A stretch of DNA of 64,000 nt from Mycoplasmatota bacterium (GTDB lineage: Bacteria > Bacillota_I > Bacilli_A > MAG-NZ). Both the position numbers and the translations under genes were made by a program. Positions within the stretch are counted from its first letter, which is position 1. The number at the start of each line of letters is the position of its first letter. The notes below the pieces were generated by a model. It was not told where the DNA came from. It saw only the letters and a list, made by a program, of their open reading frames with translations, and searched no databases. Shown here in pieces: positions 10,485 through 20,777 of this stretch. The stretch is taken from contig CP074575.1 of assembly GCA_018394315.1 (NCBI GenBank), positions 992,001 through 1,056,000 of the forward strand, in the 5' to 3' direction.

Positions 10485-11330
10485 ATGAATAAAAGAGTTT
10501 TTGAATATGTAATGATTACTTTAGGTGTTACTGCAATGGGATTTGGATTTCACTTCTTTAATGCACCTTATAACTTAGTAATTGGAGGAGTGTCTGGTAT
10601 TGGGATTATTGTAAAGGAGTTATTTAATCTTGATCCAGTACTATCAATTTTAGTATTAAATATATTATTTCTATTATTAGGACTTTTGGTATTTGGGAAA
10701 GGTTTTTTCTTAAAGACAATTTATGGATCCTTACTTTTCCCGCTTTCAATTTATTTAATAGATTTACTAGATAAACTTTATGATGTATCCCCGATTACAA
10801 ATGATGTCTTGCTTGCGGTGATTTTTGCAGCTTTATTAATTGGGATTGGGTTAGGAATAGTTTTACGTTTTGGTGGAACGACTGGAGGTATGGATATCCC
10901 TCAAAAGATTCTTCACCAATATTTAAAAATTCCATTTTCTTATGTAATGTACGTAGTTGATGGAATTATTATAGTTTTAGGCTCAATTGTATTTGGTTTA
11001 GAAATAGGACTATATTCTTTACTAAGTATGCTTTTAATTGGTAGGTTTGTTGATCTTGTATTGATAGGTGGTAAGAATCGTAAGAGTGTATATATAATTA
11101 CGAATTACCCTGACGAGATTAAGCAATCTATTTATGATTCTATAAGACGTGGAGTATCTGAAGTTCCAATAGTTGGTGGGTTTTCAAAGGACAAAAAAAC
11201 AATGTTGTTATGCGTTGTTGAAAATAGAGAATATTATAGTATAGTAACAATAATTAATCAAATTGATAAAAACGCATTTGTTTTTGTTAACAATTCTTCA
11301 GAGGTGTTGGGAGAAGGATTCTATGGTTAA
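10485..11330 (+). CDS. YitT family membrane protein
   Basis: GGVSGIG and GGTTGGMDI motifs, C-terminal soluble domain ending EVLGEGF. Confidence 0.9.
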   Translation: MNKRVFEYVMITLGVTAMGFGFHFFNAPYNLVIGGVSGIGIIVKELFNLDPVLSILVLNILFLLLGLLVFGKGFFLKTIYGSLLFPLSIYLIDLLDKLYDVSPITNDVLLAVIFAALLIGIGLGIVLRFGGTTGGMDIPQKILHQYLKIPFSYVMYVVDGIIIVLGSIVFGLEIGLYSLLSMLLIGRFVDLVLIGGKNRKSVYIITNYPDEIKQSIYDSIRRGVSEVPIVGGFSKDKKTMLLCVVENREYYSIVTIINQIDKNAFVFVNNSSEVLGEGFYG

Positions 11331-12072
11331 AATATTAAAGATTGAATTAAAGGGAACTAAATACATAGTTACTACAGAGGACGGAGAATATAAATTTACT
11401 GAAGATGTAATTATTAAGTATATAATCTCAAAAAACAAACAATATAGTAAAGAACAATTCGCTGAAATTGTTTCTTTTTCAAATGAGAGTATGTTTTATA
11501 ATAAAGCACTCAAATTTCTCTCTTATAAAGATCGTTCAACTCACGAGGTTAGAGAGTACTTAATTAGTAAAGGCTGTATTGATACTAAACCAATTTTGAA
11601 TAAACTTAAAGATAATAAATTGTTAGATGATTCAAGATATGCACTTAATATGCTAGAGTCTGTGATTTATAATAAAAAAGGACCCATTTATCTTAAACAG
11701 CAACTAATATTAAAGAAAATTAGTGAAGAACTAACTAATGAAATGATTGAGAAATATAGTTACAAGCAGAGAATGGATAATTTGAATCTATTAATTGATA
11801 AGGAGCTTGGTAAAAGATATGTTTCATCTTTTAAGAAGTATCTGAATCAACTAAGAAGTAGATTATCAAGAAGTGGATTTAAATTAAATGAAATAAATGA
11901 TGTTTTAAGTGATAGAATAGATGAAATTAAAGATAATATAGATGAGGATATCTCACTTTTAAAAGAATATCAAAAGTTAGAGAGTAAGGATTTACCAAAG
12001 CATAAATTGATTGCTAAGCTGTGTGGTAAAGGGTTTGATTATCAAAATGTAAAAAATATTGTCAATAAATAG
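11323..12072 (+). CDS. recX: Regulatory protein RecX
   Basis: ALKFLSYKDRSTHEVREYL, LDDSRYA, KKGPIYLKQQLILKKI. Confidence 0.85.
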   Translation: MVKILKIELKGTKYIVTTEDGEYKFTEDVIIKYIISKNKQYSKEQFAEIVSFSNESMFYNKALKFLSYKDRSTHEVREYLISKGCIDTKPILNKLKDNKLLDDSRYALNMLESVIYNKKGPIYLKQQLILKKISEELTNEMIEKYSYKQRMDNLNLLIDKELGKRYVSSFKKYLNQLRSRLSRSGFKLNEINDVLSDRIDEIKDNIDEDISLLKEYQKLESKDLPKHKLIAKLCGKGFDYQNVKNIVNK

Positions 12073-12138
12073 TAATTCTTAGAATAATTTCGGATTTCTT
12101 GGGGAAGATATGCGTACACTACACTTAAAGGAGTAACT

Positions 12139-12318
12139 ATGCATACTAGAAGAAGAAAAAAAAAGGATGTTGAGTTCTCAAACGAAATGCTTGTTAGAGG
12201 TAATAACATCGATCCAAAAGTGAAAAAAGAGATTGACAAAAAAATAAAAAATGATAAAATTAATAAGCAATTAAATAATTCTTCAGGGCAGGGTGAAATT
12301 CCCGACCGGCGGTTATAG
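12139..12318 (+). CDS. Possible 59-aa basic small protein (below the ORF-track cutoff)
   Basis: AAGGAG RBS; MHTRRRKKKDVEFSNEM...; 3' part overlaps the FMN riboswitch promoter and aptamer. Confidence 0.3.
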   Translation: MHTRRRKKKDVEFSNEMLVRGNNIDPKVKKEIDKKIKNDKINKQLNNSSGQGEIPDRRL

Positions 12319-12384
12319 TCCGCGAGCGTAAGCTGATCTGGTGTAATTCCAGAACCGACAGTAAAGTCTGGATGGTAGAAGATA
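12277..12384 (+). ncRNA. FMN riboswitch (RFN element)
   Basis: TCTTCAGGGCAGGGTGAAATTCCCGACCGGCGGT...CCGACAGTAAAGTCTGGATGGTAGAAGA; TTGACA/TAAAAT promoter upstream; terminator hairpin about 12405-12440. Confidence 0.97.
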
Positions 12385-12454
12385 TACTTTTTGTGTAAGA
12401 TTCGTCCGAAAGAATTAATTTCTTGCGGATATTTTTTTATTCAAGGAGGTAATT

Positions 12455-13312
12455 ATGAAAGATTTTTTTAGAAAGAACAGATTATTTTTTGGTGTTGCGG
12501 TGGTATTATTATTAGTTTCATTCTTTGTTAAAATTGTTTTTAGCAAAGAAAATTGGTCAGGAAGCATAGTTTATGAGGGTATGACTGGCGTTAAAGAGTT
12601 TTTGAATTCGCTTGGTGGTAATACAATTTTGAATTACTTTATTGTTGGGTTTTTAATTGTTCTAGCAATAATTATTCTAGCTACACTCTTTACTAAAATA
12701 TCTGATTCAAACAGTGAGATGTCAGATGTGAAAAAACTATCATTAGTAGGTATATTTAGTGCACTTGCATACATCTTTATGTTTTTTGGAATACCATTTA
12801 TCCTTCCATTTTTAAAGGTTGAAATTAGTGTAGTGATAATAATTCTTGTAATGAGCTTTGTAGATTATAAGAGTGGAATTTTAATTGCGTTAATTATTAG
12901 TGTACTTGATTTTCTTGTTAAAGGATCAGCAGTTGGATATCCAATAGATCAATTTGCATATTTTATTGCCGCATTCTTCTTCATTACTCCAATTTTCTTT
13001 ATTAAAAGAAAAACTAAAACTAATAAAGGGATTGCAGTTGGATTAATTACATCAACACTTATTACTACAGTGATTATGGTAATTCTGAATTATATTTGGA
13101 TTCTACCGGTTTATATTAAGTTATATGGATTAGACTCTATTACTCAATATGCAAATGCCGTTGATGTGAATTTAGGAAGTGCTAATCAAGAATTTATCTG
13201 GGTAGCAGTTACTTTTGGAGCTTTCAATCTTGTTAAATGGGGGATTGTAGCTGTTATTGGATACATTTCTTTAAGAACTACAGGACCATTAATTAAATCT
13301 TTGTCAAAATAA
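12455..13312 (+). CDS. ribU: ECF transporter S component, riboflavin (RibU-like), with N-terminal extension
   Basis: Downstream of FMN riboswitch; PFLKVEIS, VILNYIWILPVY, FNLVKW motifs. Confidence 0.8.
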   Translation: MKDFFRKNRLFFGVAVVLLLVSFFVKIVFSKENWSGSIVYEGMTGVKEFLNSLGGNTILNYFIVGFLIVLAIIILATLFTKISDSNSEMSDVKKLSLVGIFSALAYIFMFFGIPFILPFLKVEISVVIIILVMSFVDYKSGILIALIISVLDFLVKGSAVGYPIDQFAYFIAAFFFITPIFFIKRKTKTNKGIAVGLITSTLITTVIMVILNYIWILPVYIKLYGLDSITQYANAVDVNLGSANQEFIWVAVTFGAFNLVKWGIVAVIGYISLRTTGPLIKSLSK

Positions 13313-13369
13313 ATATAGGCTCTATGTAATGCACCCCAAAATCCGGAAATGGATCAGGGGTGTTTTTAA

Positions 13370-13848
13370 ATGGCAAAATATAGTGTACAATTTAAGAGAA
13401 AAATTTTGAATTACTATGAACAGTATGGCCAAGCTGCAACAGTGAAAAAGTTTAATGTCCATGGGCCTACTCTTCATAGATGGAAACGGAAAAGTGAGAC
13501 TGTAGGATTTATGAGAAAGAAAAATAAGACATATACTCAACATGAAAAGCTGGATATCTTAACTTACTATTGGAAGAATGGAATAAGTCAAACTGAATTG
13601 AAGTTTGATATAAATTGTGGAGTAATTCATAATTGGGAACGATTGTTTAGAGAATATGGCGTTGAAGGATTAGCTTATGATGGAAGAGGTAGAAAGCCTA
13701 AAGACCTAGGACCAAAAAAGATGTGAACAAGGATAAAGACTTATTAGATGAAGTTCAGTATCTTAGGATGGAGAATCTTTACTTAAAAAAGCTGGACGCC
13801 TTGGTTCAAGAACGGGAAGAGCGAGAATTGAAGAAAAAATCAAAATAG
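13370..13848 (+). CDS. IS3 OrfA (HTH); frame breaks at A6G 13714-13720 and continues in the -1 frame to 13848
   Basis: Two HTH repeats; the -1 frame continues DVNKDKDLLDEVQYLRMENLYLKKLDALVQ, a typical IS150 OrfA C-terminus. Confidence 0.85.
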
Positions 13849-14705
13849 TATATGAACTAAGGCAAGATTATGAGTTTAAAATATTGCCGCTTCTTGAAAT
13901 AGCAGAATTGGCTAAATCAACTTACTACGATGGGGTTAAACGTTTCGATAGAGTAGATAATGATAAGTTTTTAAAGGACAAGATTATAGCTGTTTATAAT
14001 GAAAATTTAGGTAGATACGGTTATAGAAGATTAACTATAGCTTTAAATAAAGATATAGATGTAATTGAAACTTATGGCAATATTAATCACAAAAGAGTAC
14101 AGAGACTAATGAAAGTATTGGGTCTTAGAGCTAAAATAAGAGTTAAGAAATATAGATCATATAAGGGTAAAGAAGGTGTAATAGCTCCTAATATACTTGA
14201 TAGAGATTTTACTTCTCATAAATCTGAAGAAAAAATGGTTACAGATGTAACTGAGTTTAGAGTGTGTAATAAGAAAATATATTTATCACCACTAATTGAC
14301 TTAAACACTTCTGAAGTGGTAAGTTATTCAGTTAGCACATCACCAAGTGTATCTTTTGTCATGGAAATGATGGAAAAAGGATTAACTAAGAAACAATATG
14401 ATAATTTAACAATACACACAGATCAAGGATTTCAATATCAGAATAACAGGTATCAAAATTTTTTAGGATATAAAGGAATAAAGCAAAGCATGTCTAGAAA
14501 AGGTAATTGTTTTGATAATGCAAAAGCAGAAAACTTTTTCTCACAACTGAAAGCAGAATTTTTTCATATTAATCAGTTTAAGTCCATAGAAGAATTCAAG
14601 TTAGGATTAGATAAATATATAAATTATTATAATAACAAAAGAATCGTAACAAAACTAAAAATGGCACCTGTTGAGTACAAGTACCATCAATTAGCAAATA
14701 TTTAA
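13785..14705 (+). CDS. IS3 OrfB DDE transposase, entered by -1 frameshift at A AAA AAG 13785-13791
   Basis: YGYRR, VTDVTEF, HTDQGFQY, SRKGNCFDNAKAENFF; SD-like GGAG about 11 nt before the slippery site. Confidence 0.93.
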   Translation, partial: KKAGRLGSRTGRARIEEKIKIVYELRQDYEFKILPLLEIAELAKSTYYDGVKRFDRVDNDKFLKDKIIAVYNENLGRYGYRRLTIALNKDIDVIETYGNINHKRVQRLMKVLGLRAKIRVKKYRSYKGKEGVIAPNILDRDFTSHKSEEKMVTDVTEFRVCNKKIYLSPLIDLNTSEVVSYSVSTSPSVSFVMEMMEKGLTKKQYDNLTIHTDQGFQYQNNRYQNFLGYKGIKQSMSRKGNCFDNAKAENFFSQLKAEFFHINQFKSIEEFKLGLDKYINYYNNKRIVTKLKMAPVEYKYHQLANI

Positions 14706-14741
14706 TTTTAAAATTTATTCCGGATAATAGGGGTCAGTACA

Positions 14742-15554
14742 CTATGAGCCTATAATTTTTTTTAGGATATTAACAACACCATTTTCATTATTCGTATCAG
14801 TTACAAGATTAGCTAAATCCTTTATTGCATCTCTGGCATTACCCATTGCAACTCCATAATTAGCATATTGAATCATTTCAATGTCATTACCACCATCTCC
14901 AACAGCGATGGTTTGTTCAATTGGTATATTATAATACTTTCTAACTACTTCTAGTGAAGTTGCTTTACTTGCGTAAGGTGTGTATAATTCAACAACAGTA
15001 TAATCCTTTCTACTTTCTGAGTGCCATATTCTAAAGCCAAGTAAATCGTGATAGTTATTATTTATAAAGTTTTCAAACTCAGAAACAATTTCTTTATTAA
15101 TGAAAAATACTGCACCACTAAGTGGTTCGCTGATTGTTTCACTTAAATCACCCACTACTAATTCATCAACATTTTGACTAAGCCATTTTATTAGTCCTTC
15201 ATTCTCTTTGTATAAATAAACTTTATCTTCTATTTCGCAAAATCCATTAATTATATCATCCTTGAAGTGTTTAAATGTATTTGTAAGATACTCATGATTC
15301 ATCTTGTAAGAGTAATTTGGAAAGTCGGTATTGCTAGGGTGATGTAAAGAAGATCCGCTGTAATTAGCAATTGGAGTATTTAATTCTAACTGGTCATAAA
15401 TTGGTTTAGAAGTTCTGAATGGTCTACCAGTCTGTAGAGTTACGATATGTCCCCTTCTTGAAAGAATTTTTATATATTCTTCTGTTTCTTTTGAAATTTC
15501 ACCTTTATCATTTAAAATTGTTCCATCAATATCAAGTCCAATAAGATATTTCAT
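14742..15554 (-). CDS. Cof-type HAD-IIB hydrolase
   Basis: DIDGT, TGR, GDGGNDIEM, AMGNA motifs. Confidence 0.95.
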   Translation of the reverse strand: MKYLIGLDIDGTILNDKGEISKETEEYIKILSRRGHIVTLQTGRPFRTSKPIYDQLELNTPIANYSGSSLHHPSNTDFPNYSYKMNHEYLTNTFKHFKDDIINGFCEIEDKVYLYKENEGLIKWLSQNVDELVVGDLSETISEPLSGAVFFINKEIVSEFENFINNNYHDLLGFRIWHSESRKDYTVVELYTPYASKATSLEVVRKYYNIPIEQTIAVGDGGNDIEMIQYANYGVAMGNARDAIKDLANLVTDTNNENGVVNILKKIIGS

Positions 15555-15662
15555 ATTTATAGCCTCCCTTCAACAGTAATAATATATTATCAATAAATAC
15601 TCTCTATGTCTAGTTGTTAATACTATTAGATTATTGTATAATTTAGATTAGGAGAAGATATT

Positions 15663-16430
15663 ATGTTTGATTCATTTGAATGGGAAAAATTAATAAATAT
15701 TTTTAATGTATCTGCTTTTTTGATTGGGATATTCCTAGGTCTTTTTATAGCTGGATTTGTGTACGCTATATTAGTCATAGGTGCAATTAAGAAATCTGAA
15801 AAAATTATTTTAAGAAAGCCTAAAAATACGGATCAAGCAGAATGTTTGAAGTTCGTAAGGCAGGCTAGACATGATTACAGGAAGAGAAAGAGACGCAAAT
15901 CAATGAGCGAGAGATTTACTCTAGCAAAAGATTTAGCGGAGCGGATTTCTTATGAAATAGCTAGATTTCACTTTCCAGATTCAAAACAACCATTTTTAGA
16001 AATATCAACTTATGAAGCATTAGAAAGTATTAAGTATATATGTTCAAGGATTGAACAGATATTAGAAAGAAAGCCATTAAACCAACTGAAGGATTTAAGT
16101 GGTATTCAAGTATTAGCGATGTTTGAGTTTAAAGAAAAGATGGAAGAAAATAAGACTTTGAAATTAGCAAAGATTGCTAATGATTCAACATTACTAAAAG
16201 CCGCGAAAAGTGCAATTAGTTTACTTAGTCCAGCATACCTAGTTAGAAGAACTGTTGTGAATTCAACTATTAACTTATCTATTGATACATTATGTTTAGT
16301 ATTTATAAATATTGTAGGTGAAGAAGTATATAAATTATATAGTAAGCAACTTTTTGAAGATAATGAGATTGAAGAATTATTAGTGGAAGGACTGGATATA
16401 GATGTTCAAGAAAAAAGAAAAGAAGCATAA
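15663..16430 (+). CDS. Hypothetical protein with N-terminal TM helix
   Basis: 255-aa ORF, AGGAG RBS, TATAAT upstream, overlaps the start of the next gene. Confidence 0.75.
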   Translation: MFDSFEWEKLINIFNVSAFLIGIFLGLFIAGFVYAILVIGAIKKSEKIILRKPKNTDQAECLKFVRQARHDYRKRKRRKSMSERFTLAKDLAERISYEIARFHFPDSKQPFLEISTYEALESIKYICSRIEQILERKPLNQLKDLSGIQVLAMFEFKEKMEENKTLKLAKIANDSTLLKAAKSAISLLSPAYLVRRTVVNSTINLSIDTLCLVFINIVGEEVYKLYSKQLFEDNEIEELLVEGLDIDVQEKRKEA

Positions 16431-18471
16431 GCCAGAGGCTATAAAGACTCCATTTACTATTCCTGAAATAAAAGGTAAAACTAAGAAAAATAATTATAAA
16501 TCATTTGTGAGCCCATATTTTGGAGATAATGTCAAGGACGAATTAATTGTTCCAAAGAGTACTCTTAAAGGCGACATCAATGAAAGATTTGATGTTTTTC
16601 GTTCTGAGAGAAAAATTAAAGAAGAAAAAAAATATAAAGAGTTTAATATTCTTTCATCTGATGACGTAAGACAAATGCTAAATAAAAAAGGTAGAAATGA
16701 TTCTGTTAGCACCGAGAGATTTCAAAAACTTGAAGAGAAAACTGAGGAGGAAGAAGTATCTATTTCTATTCCATTTGGATTACGAGATGAGTTGGATGAA
16801 GAAAATAAAGAAAATGAAGAGATTAAGTCTAAGGAGGATGTGTATGAGCATATTGAATTAGATGAAAATATCCCACCAGAAGAAAAAGAAGAAGCAGTCC
16901 CCGATGATATATTAAACTTCTTATTCGGTGAGGAAGAAACTGAAGTCTCAAGTAGTAAATCTCAGAAAGTAAGTAATGAAGTTAAGAAAGAGACTACTAA
17001 TCTAGAAGACAGTGAAAGTGATTCTACTTTTAGAAACAAACATGCATATCAAAATTATCAGAATCCAAGCTTAGATTTACTCAAATATCATGATGATAAT
17101 GGTGAAGATGATGCTGAATACTTATATGAACAAGAACAAATTATTAATAACACGTTAGAACAATTTAGAGTTGGAGGAAGGGTTGTTAATTATACTCATG
17201 GGCCAACTGTCACTCAATACGAAGTGAAATTAGATAGTGGTGTTATAATCAGTAAGTTAACTAATATAGCTTCTAACTTAAAAATGAATTTAGCTGCGAT
17301 AGATATACGTATTGAAGCACCAATTCCTGGAAAGACTACTATAGGTATTGAAGTTCCTAATAAAGTTAAAAAACTAGTCAATTTCGGAAATTATATAACT
17401 AAGGAATTTATTGAAAACTCAAAACCACTAGAAGTTACCTTAGGTGTAGATTTAGGTGGAAATGTCATTAATGCTGACATTTGTAAAATGCCACACGGAT
17501 TAATTGCAGGAGCGACAGGAAGTGGAAAATCTGTTTGTATTGATACTATTCTAATGAGTTTATTACTAAAAGCTAATCCCAAGGATTTGAGATTAATACT
17601 AATTGATCCAAAAAGAGTAGGACTAGCTGCCTATAGTAAAATACCTCATTTAGCATCTCCAATTATCCATGACTCTAAAGTTGCAGCTCAGTGTTTAAAA
17701 TGGGCTGTAGATGAAATGGAAAGAAGATATAATTTACTATTTAGTGTTGAGGCAAGAGATTTAGATAGTTATAATAAAAAGATCAAAGAAAGAACAAATG
17801 AAGGATTCGAGCACTTACCTAATATTGTAATTGTTATAGAAGAGATGGCGGACTTAATGAGTCAAGCCTCAAGTGATGTAGAACAATTTGTAATGCGAAT
17901 CGCTCAAAAGGCTAGAGCTGCTGGGATTTATATGTTAATTGCTACACAAAGGCCAAGTGTTGATGTGATTAAGGGTTCTATTAAGTCAAATATTCCTACT
18001 CGTATAGCTCTTAAAGTCGCTTCGAATACTGATTCGATGACGATTATTGATTTTGGTGGAGCAGAGAGTTTACTAGGTAATGGAGATATGCTATTTTCAT
18101 TCGCTGGGCTACCACTTAAACGACTACAAGGAGCATTCGTTTCTGATGATGAAATTGATAGTGTAACGAAATATTTAAGTCAGTATGATAAAGATTATTT
18201 ATTTACCACTGATTCTTTATTAGTTGAAGTAGAAAAATCAAATAGAAATAATGATCTAGATGATATATTTGTTGATGTGGCTAAGTATTGTATAGAAAAT
18301 AATTATGCGTCAATAAATAAAGTTCAACGCGAATTTAATATTGGATATAATCGTGCGAGTGAGATTTTTGCTCAATTAGAAGAAAATGGGATTGTTACAT
18401 CTCCTAATAGTAAAAATCCAAGAAAAGTTATTATTGATATGGATGCATTTTATGATAGATTTGGAGATTAG
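16402..18471 (+). CDS. ftsK: FtsK/SpoIIIE-family DNA translocase lacking the N-terminal TM domain (SftA-like)
   Basis: RIEAPIPGK, PHGLIAGATGSGKS, ATQRPSVDVI, C-terminal gamma domain IGYNRA. Confidence 0.93.
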   Translation: MFKKKEKKHKPEAIKTPFTIPEIKGKTKKNNYKSFVSPYFGDNVKDELIVPKSTLKGDINERFDVFRSERKIKEEKKYKEFNILSSDDVRQMLNKKGRNDSVSTERFQKLEEKTEEEEVSISIPFGLRDELDEENKENEEIKSKEDVYEHIELDENIPPEEKEEAVPDDILNFLFGEEETEVSSSKSQKVSNEVKKETTNLEDSESDSTFRNKHAYQNYQNPSLDLLKYHDDNGEDDAEYLYEQEQIINNTLEQFRVGGRVVNYTHGPTVTQYEVKLDSGVIISKLTNIASNLKMNLAAIDIRIEAPIPGKTTIGIEVPNKVKKLVNFGNYITKEFIENSKPLEVTLGVDLGGNVINADICKMPHGLIAGATGSGKSVCIDTILMSLLLKANPKDLRLILIDPKRVGLAAYSKIPHLASPIIHDSKVAAQCLKWAVDEMERRYNLLFSVEARDLDSYNKKIKERTNEGFEHLPNIVIVIEEMADLMSQASSDVEQFVMRIAQKARAAGIYMLIATQRPSVDVIKGSIKSNIPTRIALKVASNTDSMTIIDFGGAESLLGNGDMLFSFAGLPLKRLQGAFVSDDEIDSVTKYLSQYDKDYLFTTDSLLVEVEKSNRNNDLDDIFVDVAKYCIENNYASINKVQREFNIGYNRASEIFAQLEENGIVTSPNSKNPRKVIIDMDAFYDRFGD

Positions 18472-18474
18472 ACA

Positions 18475-19206
18475 ATGGAAAAAAAGATAATAAGAATGGC
18501 CAATAGGATGTTAGTCTTTTCAATACTAATTTTAGTGATTGATTTATTTAATTCTAATTTAGTTGCTGAGTTTTATAGCTTGTTAGTTTATGTATTAGGT
18601 CTTAGTGGTATTATAATTAGTTTGATTTTGAGATATTTTTCTGGTACTAACTTAATCAAGCAAAGAATGTATGAACTTATTGATACAATAAGCGTAGTTT
18701 GGACGTTCTTCTTAGTGTTCTATGCAGTTACTAGTTTTGTAGCTTATCCAGCTAAGGTAAATGGAAGTAGCATGGAGCCTAATTATAAAGATAAAGACAT
18801 AATATTCATTTGGCATTTGGCATTACAACCTGATAGGTTTGATGTCGTGTTTGTTAATGTATCCGATGAAGACTATTTTCATCCAAGTGACGAATATTTC
18901 TTAAAAAGAATTATTGGTCTACCTGGAGAGAGAGTAGACTATATAGATAATGATTTATATATAGACGGGAAAATGGTAGAGACAGACTTTTTGACTAACA
19001 CTATGACTAATGATTTCACTTTCGAGGAAGTCTGTATAATTAAGAATAAAGATGAATTATGTAATTATAATGTAATACCTAAAGATTATTATTTTGTTTT
19101 AGGTGATAACCGCAGTAACAGTACAGATTCAAGGAGAATTGGGTTAGTACATAAAAGTGATATTTTTGGAAAAACAATTTTCAATTTATCGAAGGTAGTA
19201 AGATAA
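18475..19206 (+). CDS. lepB: Signal peptidase I
   Basis: GSSMEP, KRIIGLPGE, GDNRSNSTDSR. Confidence 0.95.
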   Translation: MEKKIIRMANRMLVFSILILVIDLFNSNLVAEFYSLLVYVLGLSGIIISLILRYFSGTNLIKQRMYELIDTISVVWTFFLVFYAVTSFVAYPAKVNGSSMEPNYKDKDIIFIWHLALQPDRFDVVFVNVSDEDYFHPSDEYFLKRIIGLPGERVDYIDNDLYIDGKMVETDFLTNTMTNDFTFEEVCIIKNKDELCNYNVIPKDYYFVLGDNRSNSTDSRRIGLVHKSDIFGKTIFNLSKVVR

Positions 19207-19207
19207 T

Positions 19208-20056
19208 ATGGATAGAGTAATTCAGTGGTATCCTGGTCATATGCAAAAGGCCAAAAGGCTTATGACAGAGAAAATGAATTTAATAGATGTGGTTTTTGAA
19301 CTTGTGGATGCAAGAATTCCTTTTTCAAGTACTAATCCATTTGTTAATGAAATAATAAAAAATAAGCCTCGAGTAGTTTTACTTAATAAGGCTGATAAAG
19401 CAGATGAAAGAAAAACGAAAGAATGGATTAAGTATTATCAATCTATTGGTGTTATTGCTTTAGCAATAGATTCATTAAATGGTGATGGAGTCAATAAAAT
19501 AATAAATGGAGCAAAAACCGCATTAAAAGAAAAAATTGAAAAAGATAAAGCAAAAGGACTAAAAGAAAAGTCTATTAGAGCTTTAATTGTTGGGATTCCA
19601 AATGTAGGAAAATCAACTTTAATAAATCGACTAGCAAAACGTAAAGTTGCGAAGATTGGTGATAGACCGGGAGTGACAAAATCTGAACAGTGGATTAAAG
19701 TAGGAAATGAATTAGAGTTACTTGATACACCTGGTATTTTGTGGAATAAGTTTGATGAAGTTGAGACTGGTTATAGACTGGCTTTAACTGGAGCAATAAA
19801 AGATGAGATACTACCAATTGATGATGTTGTTATTTATGGTATAAAGTATTATGCGAAAAATCATCCAAATAGAATAATCAAAAGATATAATCTATCTCAA
19901 ACAGATGATCCTATTACTGTATTGGATGAAATAGGTAAATCAAGAGGGTGTTTAAGGGGTAGAGAGATTGATTATGAGCGTGTTTATACTATTTTTTTGA
20001 ATGATTTAAGAGGAGATAGATTAGGGAGAATAACTTTAGATGATGTACCAGTTTGA
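19208..20056 (+). CDS. rbgA: Ribosome biogenesis GTPase RbgA/YlqF
   Basis: IQWYPGHM, NKAD, GIPNVGKST, DTPG (circularly permuted GTPase). Confidence 0.97.
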   Translation: MDRVIQWYPGHMQKAKRLMTEKMNLIDVVFELVDARIPFSSTNPFVNEIIKNKPRVVLLNKADKADERKTKEWIKYYQSIGVIALAIDSLNGDGVNKIINGAKTALKEKIEKDKAKGLKEKSIRALIVGIPNVGKSTLINRLAKRKVAKIGDRPGVTKSEQWIKVGNELELLDTPGILWNKFDEVETGYRLALTGAIKDEILPIDDVVIYGIKYYAKNHPNRIIKRYNLSQTDDPITVLDEIGKSRGCLRGREIDYERVYTIFLNDLRGDRLGRITLDDVPV

Positions 20057-20651
20057 AAATGAATTATATAGTAAAGGACTTAGATATATTGCTGGTGTAG
20101 ATGAAGTAGGCCGAGGTCCTTTAGCTGGACCTGTTGTTGCCGCTGCAGTTGTTTTAGATAAAGATATAATTATTGAGGGATTAGATGACTCTAAAAAGTT
20201 ATCGGAAAAGAAAAGAAAATATCTATTTGATCAAATTAATTTATACGCTTTGGAAGTAGAATATTGTTTTATTTGGCCTAATGAAATTGATCAAATTAAC
20301 ATACTTGAGGCAAGTAAAAAGGCAATGATGAACTCGATTAACTCCTTGAAGAACTGTGATCATATTTTAATTGATGCTGTTAAACTCGACTATGAGAATT
20401 CAACGAGTATTATAAAGGGAGATTCTAAAAGTGCAAGTATTGCTGCAGCAAGCATTATTGCTAAAGTTATTAGAGATAGATACATGGTCGAATTAGGTAA
20501 AAAATATCCAAGTTATGATTTTGAAAATAATAAAGGCTACGGAACAAAAAAACACATTCTAGCTCTAGAAGAGTTTGGAGCAATAGATGAGGTTCACCGT
20601 AAAAGTTTTGCACCTGTTTCAAGACTAAATCAGGTTAAGTTTAATTTTTAA
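20040..20651 (+). CDS. rnhB: Ribonuclease HII
   Basis: GVDEVGRGPLAGPV, DSKKL, SIAAASIIAKVIRD. Confidence 0.97.
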   Translation: MMYQFENELYSKGLRYIAGVDEVGRGPLAGPVVAAAVVLDKDIIIEGLDDSKKLSEKKRKYLFDQINLYALEVEYCFIWPNEIDQINILEASKKAMMNSINSLKNCDHILIDAVKLDYENSTSIIKGDSKSASIAAASIIAKVIRDRYMVELGKKYPSYDFENNKGYGTKKHILALEEFGAIDEVHRKSFAPVSRLNQVKFNF

Positions 20652-20777
20652 GAGAAATATATAAATGTATAGTAATTATTTAAGTAGTATTAATACTACT
20701 TTTTAATTTATTTGACAAAAGTGTTGACATTACATAAAAATATGATTATAACTAATTATGCAAGAGAGGATGATATA

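Larger units (their letters stand above)
13325..14741 (+). mobile_element. IS3-family (IS150-like) insertion sequence, 1417 bp
   Basis: 5'-TG...CA-3' ends; imperfect IRs (TGTAATGCACCCCAAAATCCGGAA vs reverse complement TGTACTGACCCCTATTATCCGGAA); 3-bp CTA target duplication at 13322-13324 and 14742-14744. Confidence 0.95.
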
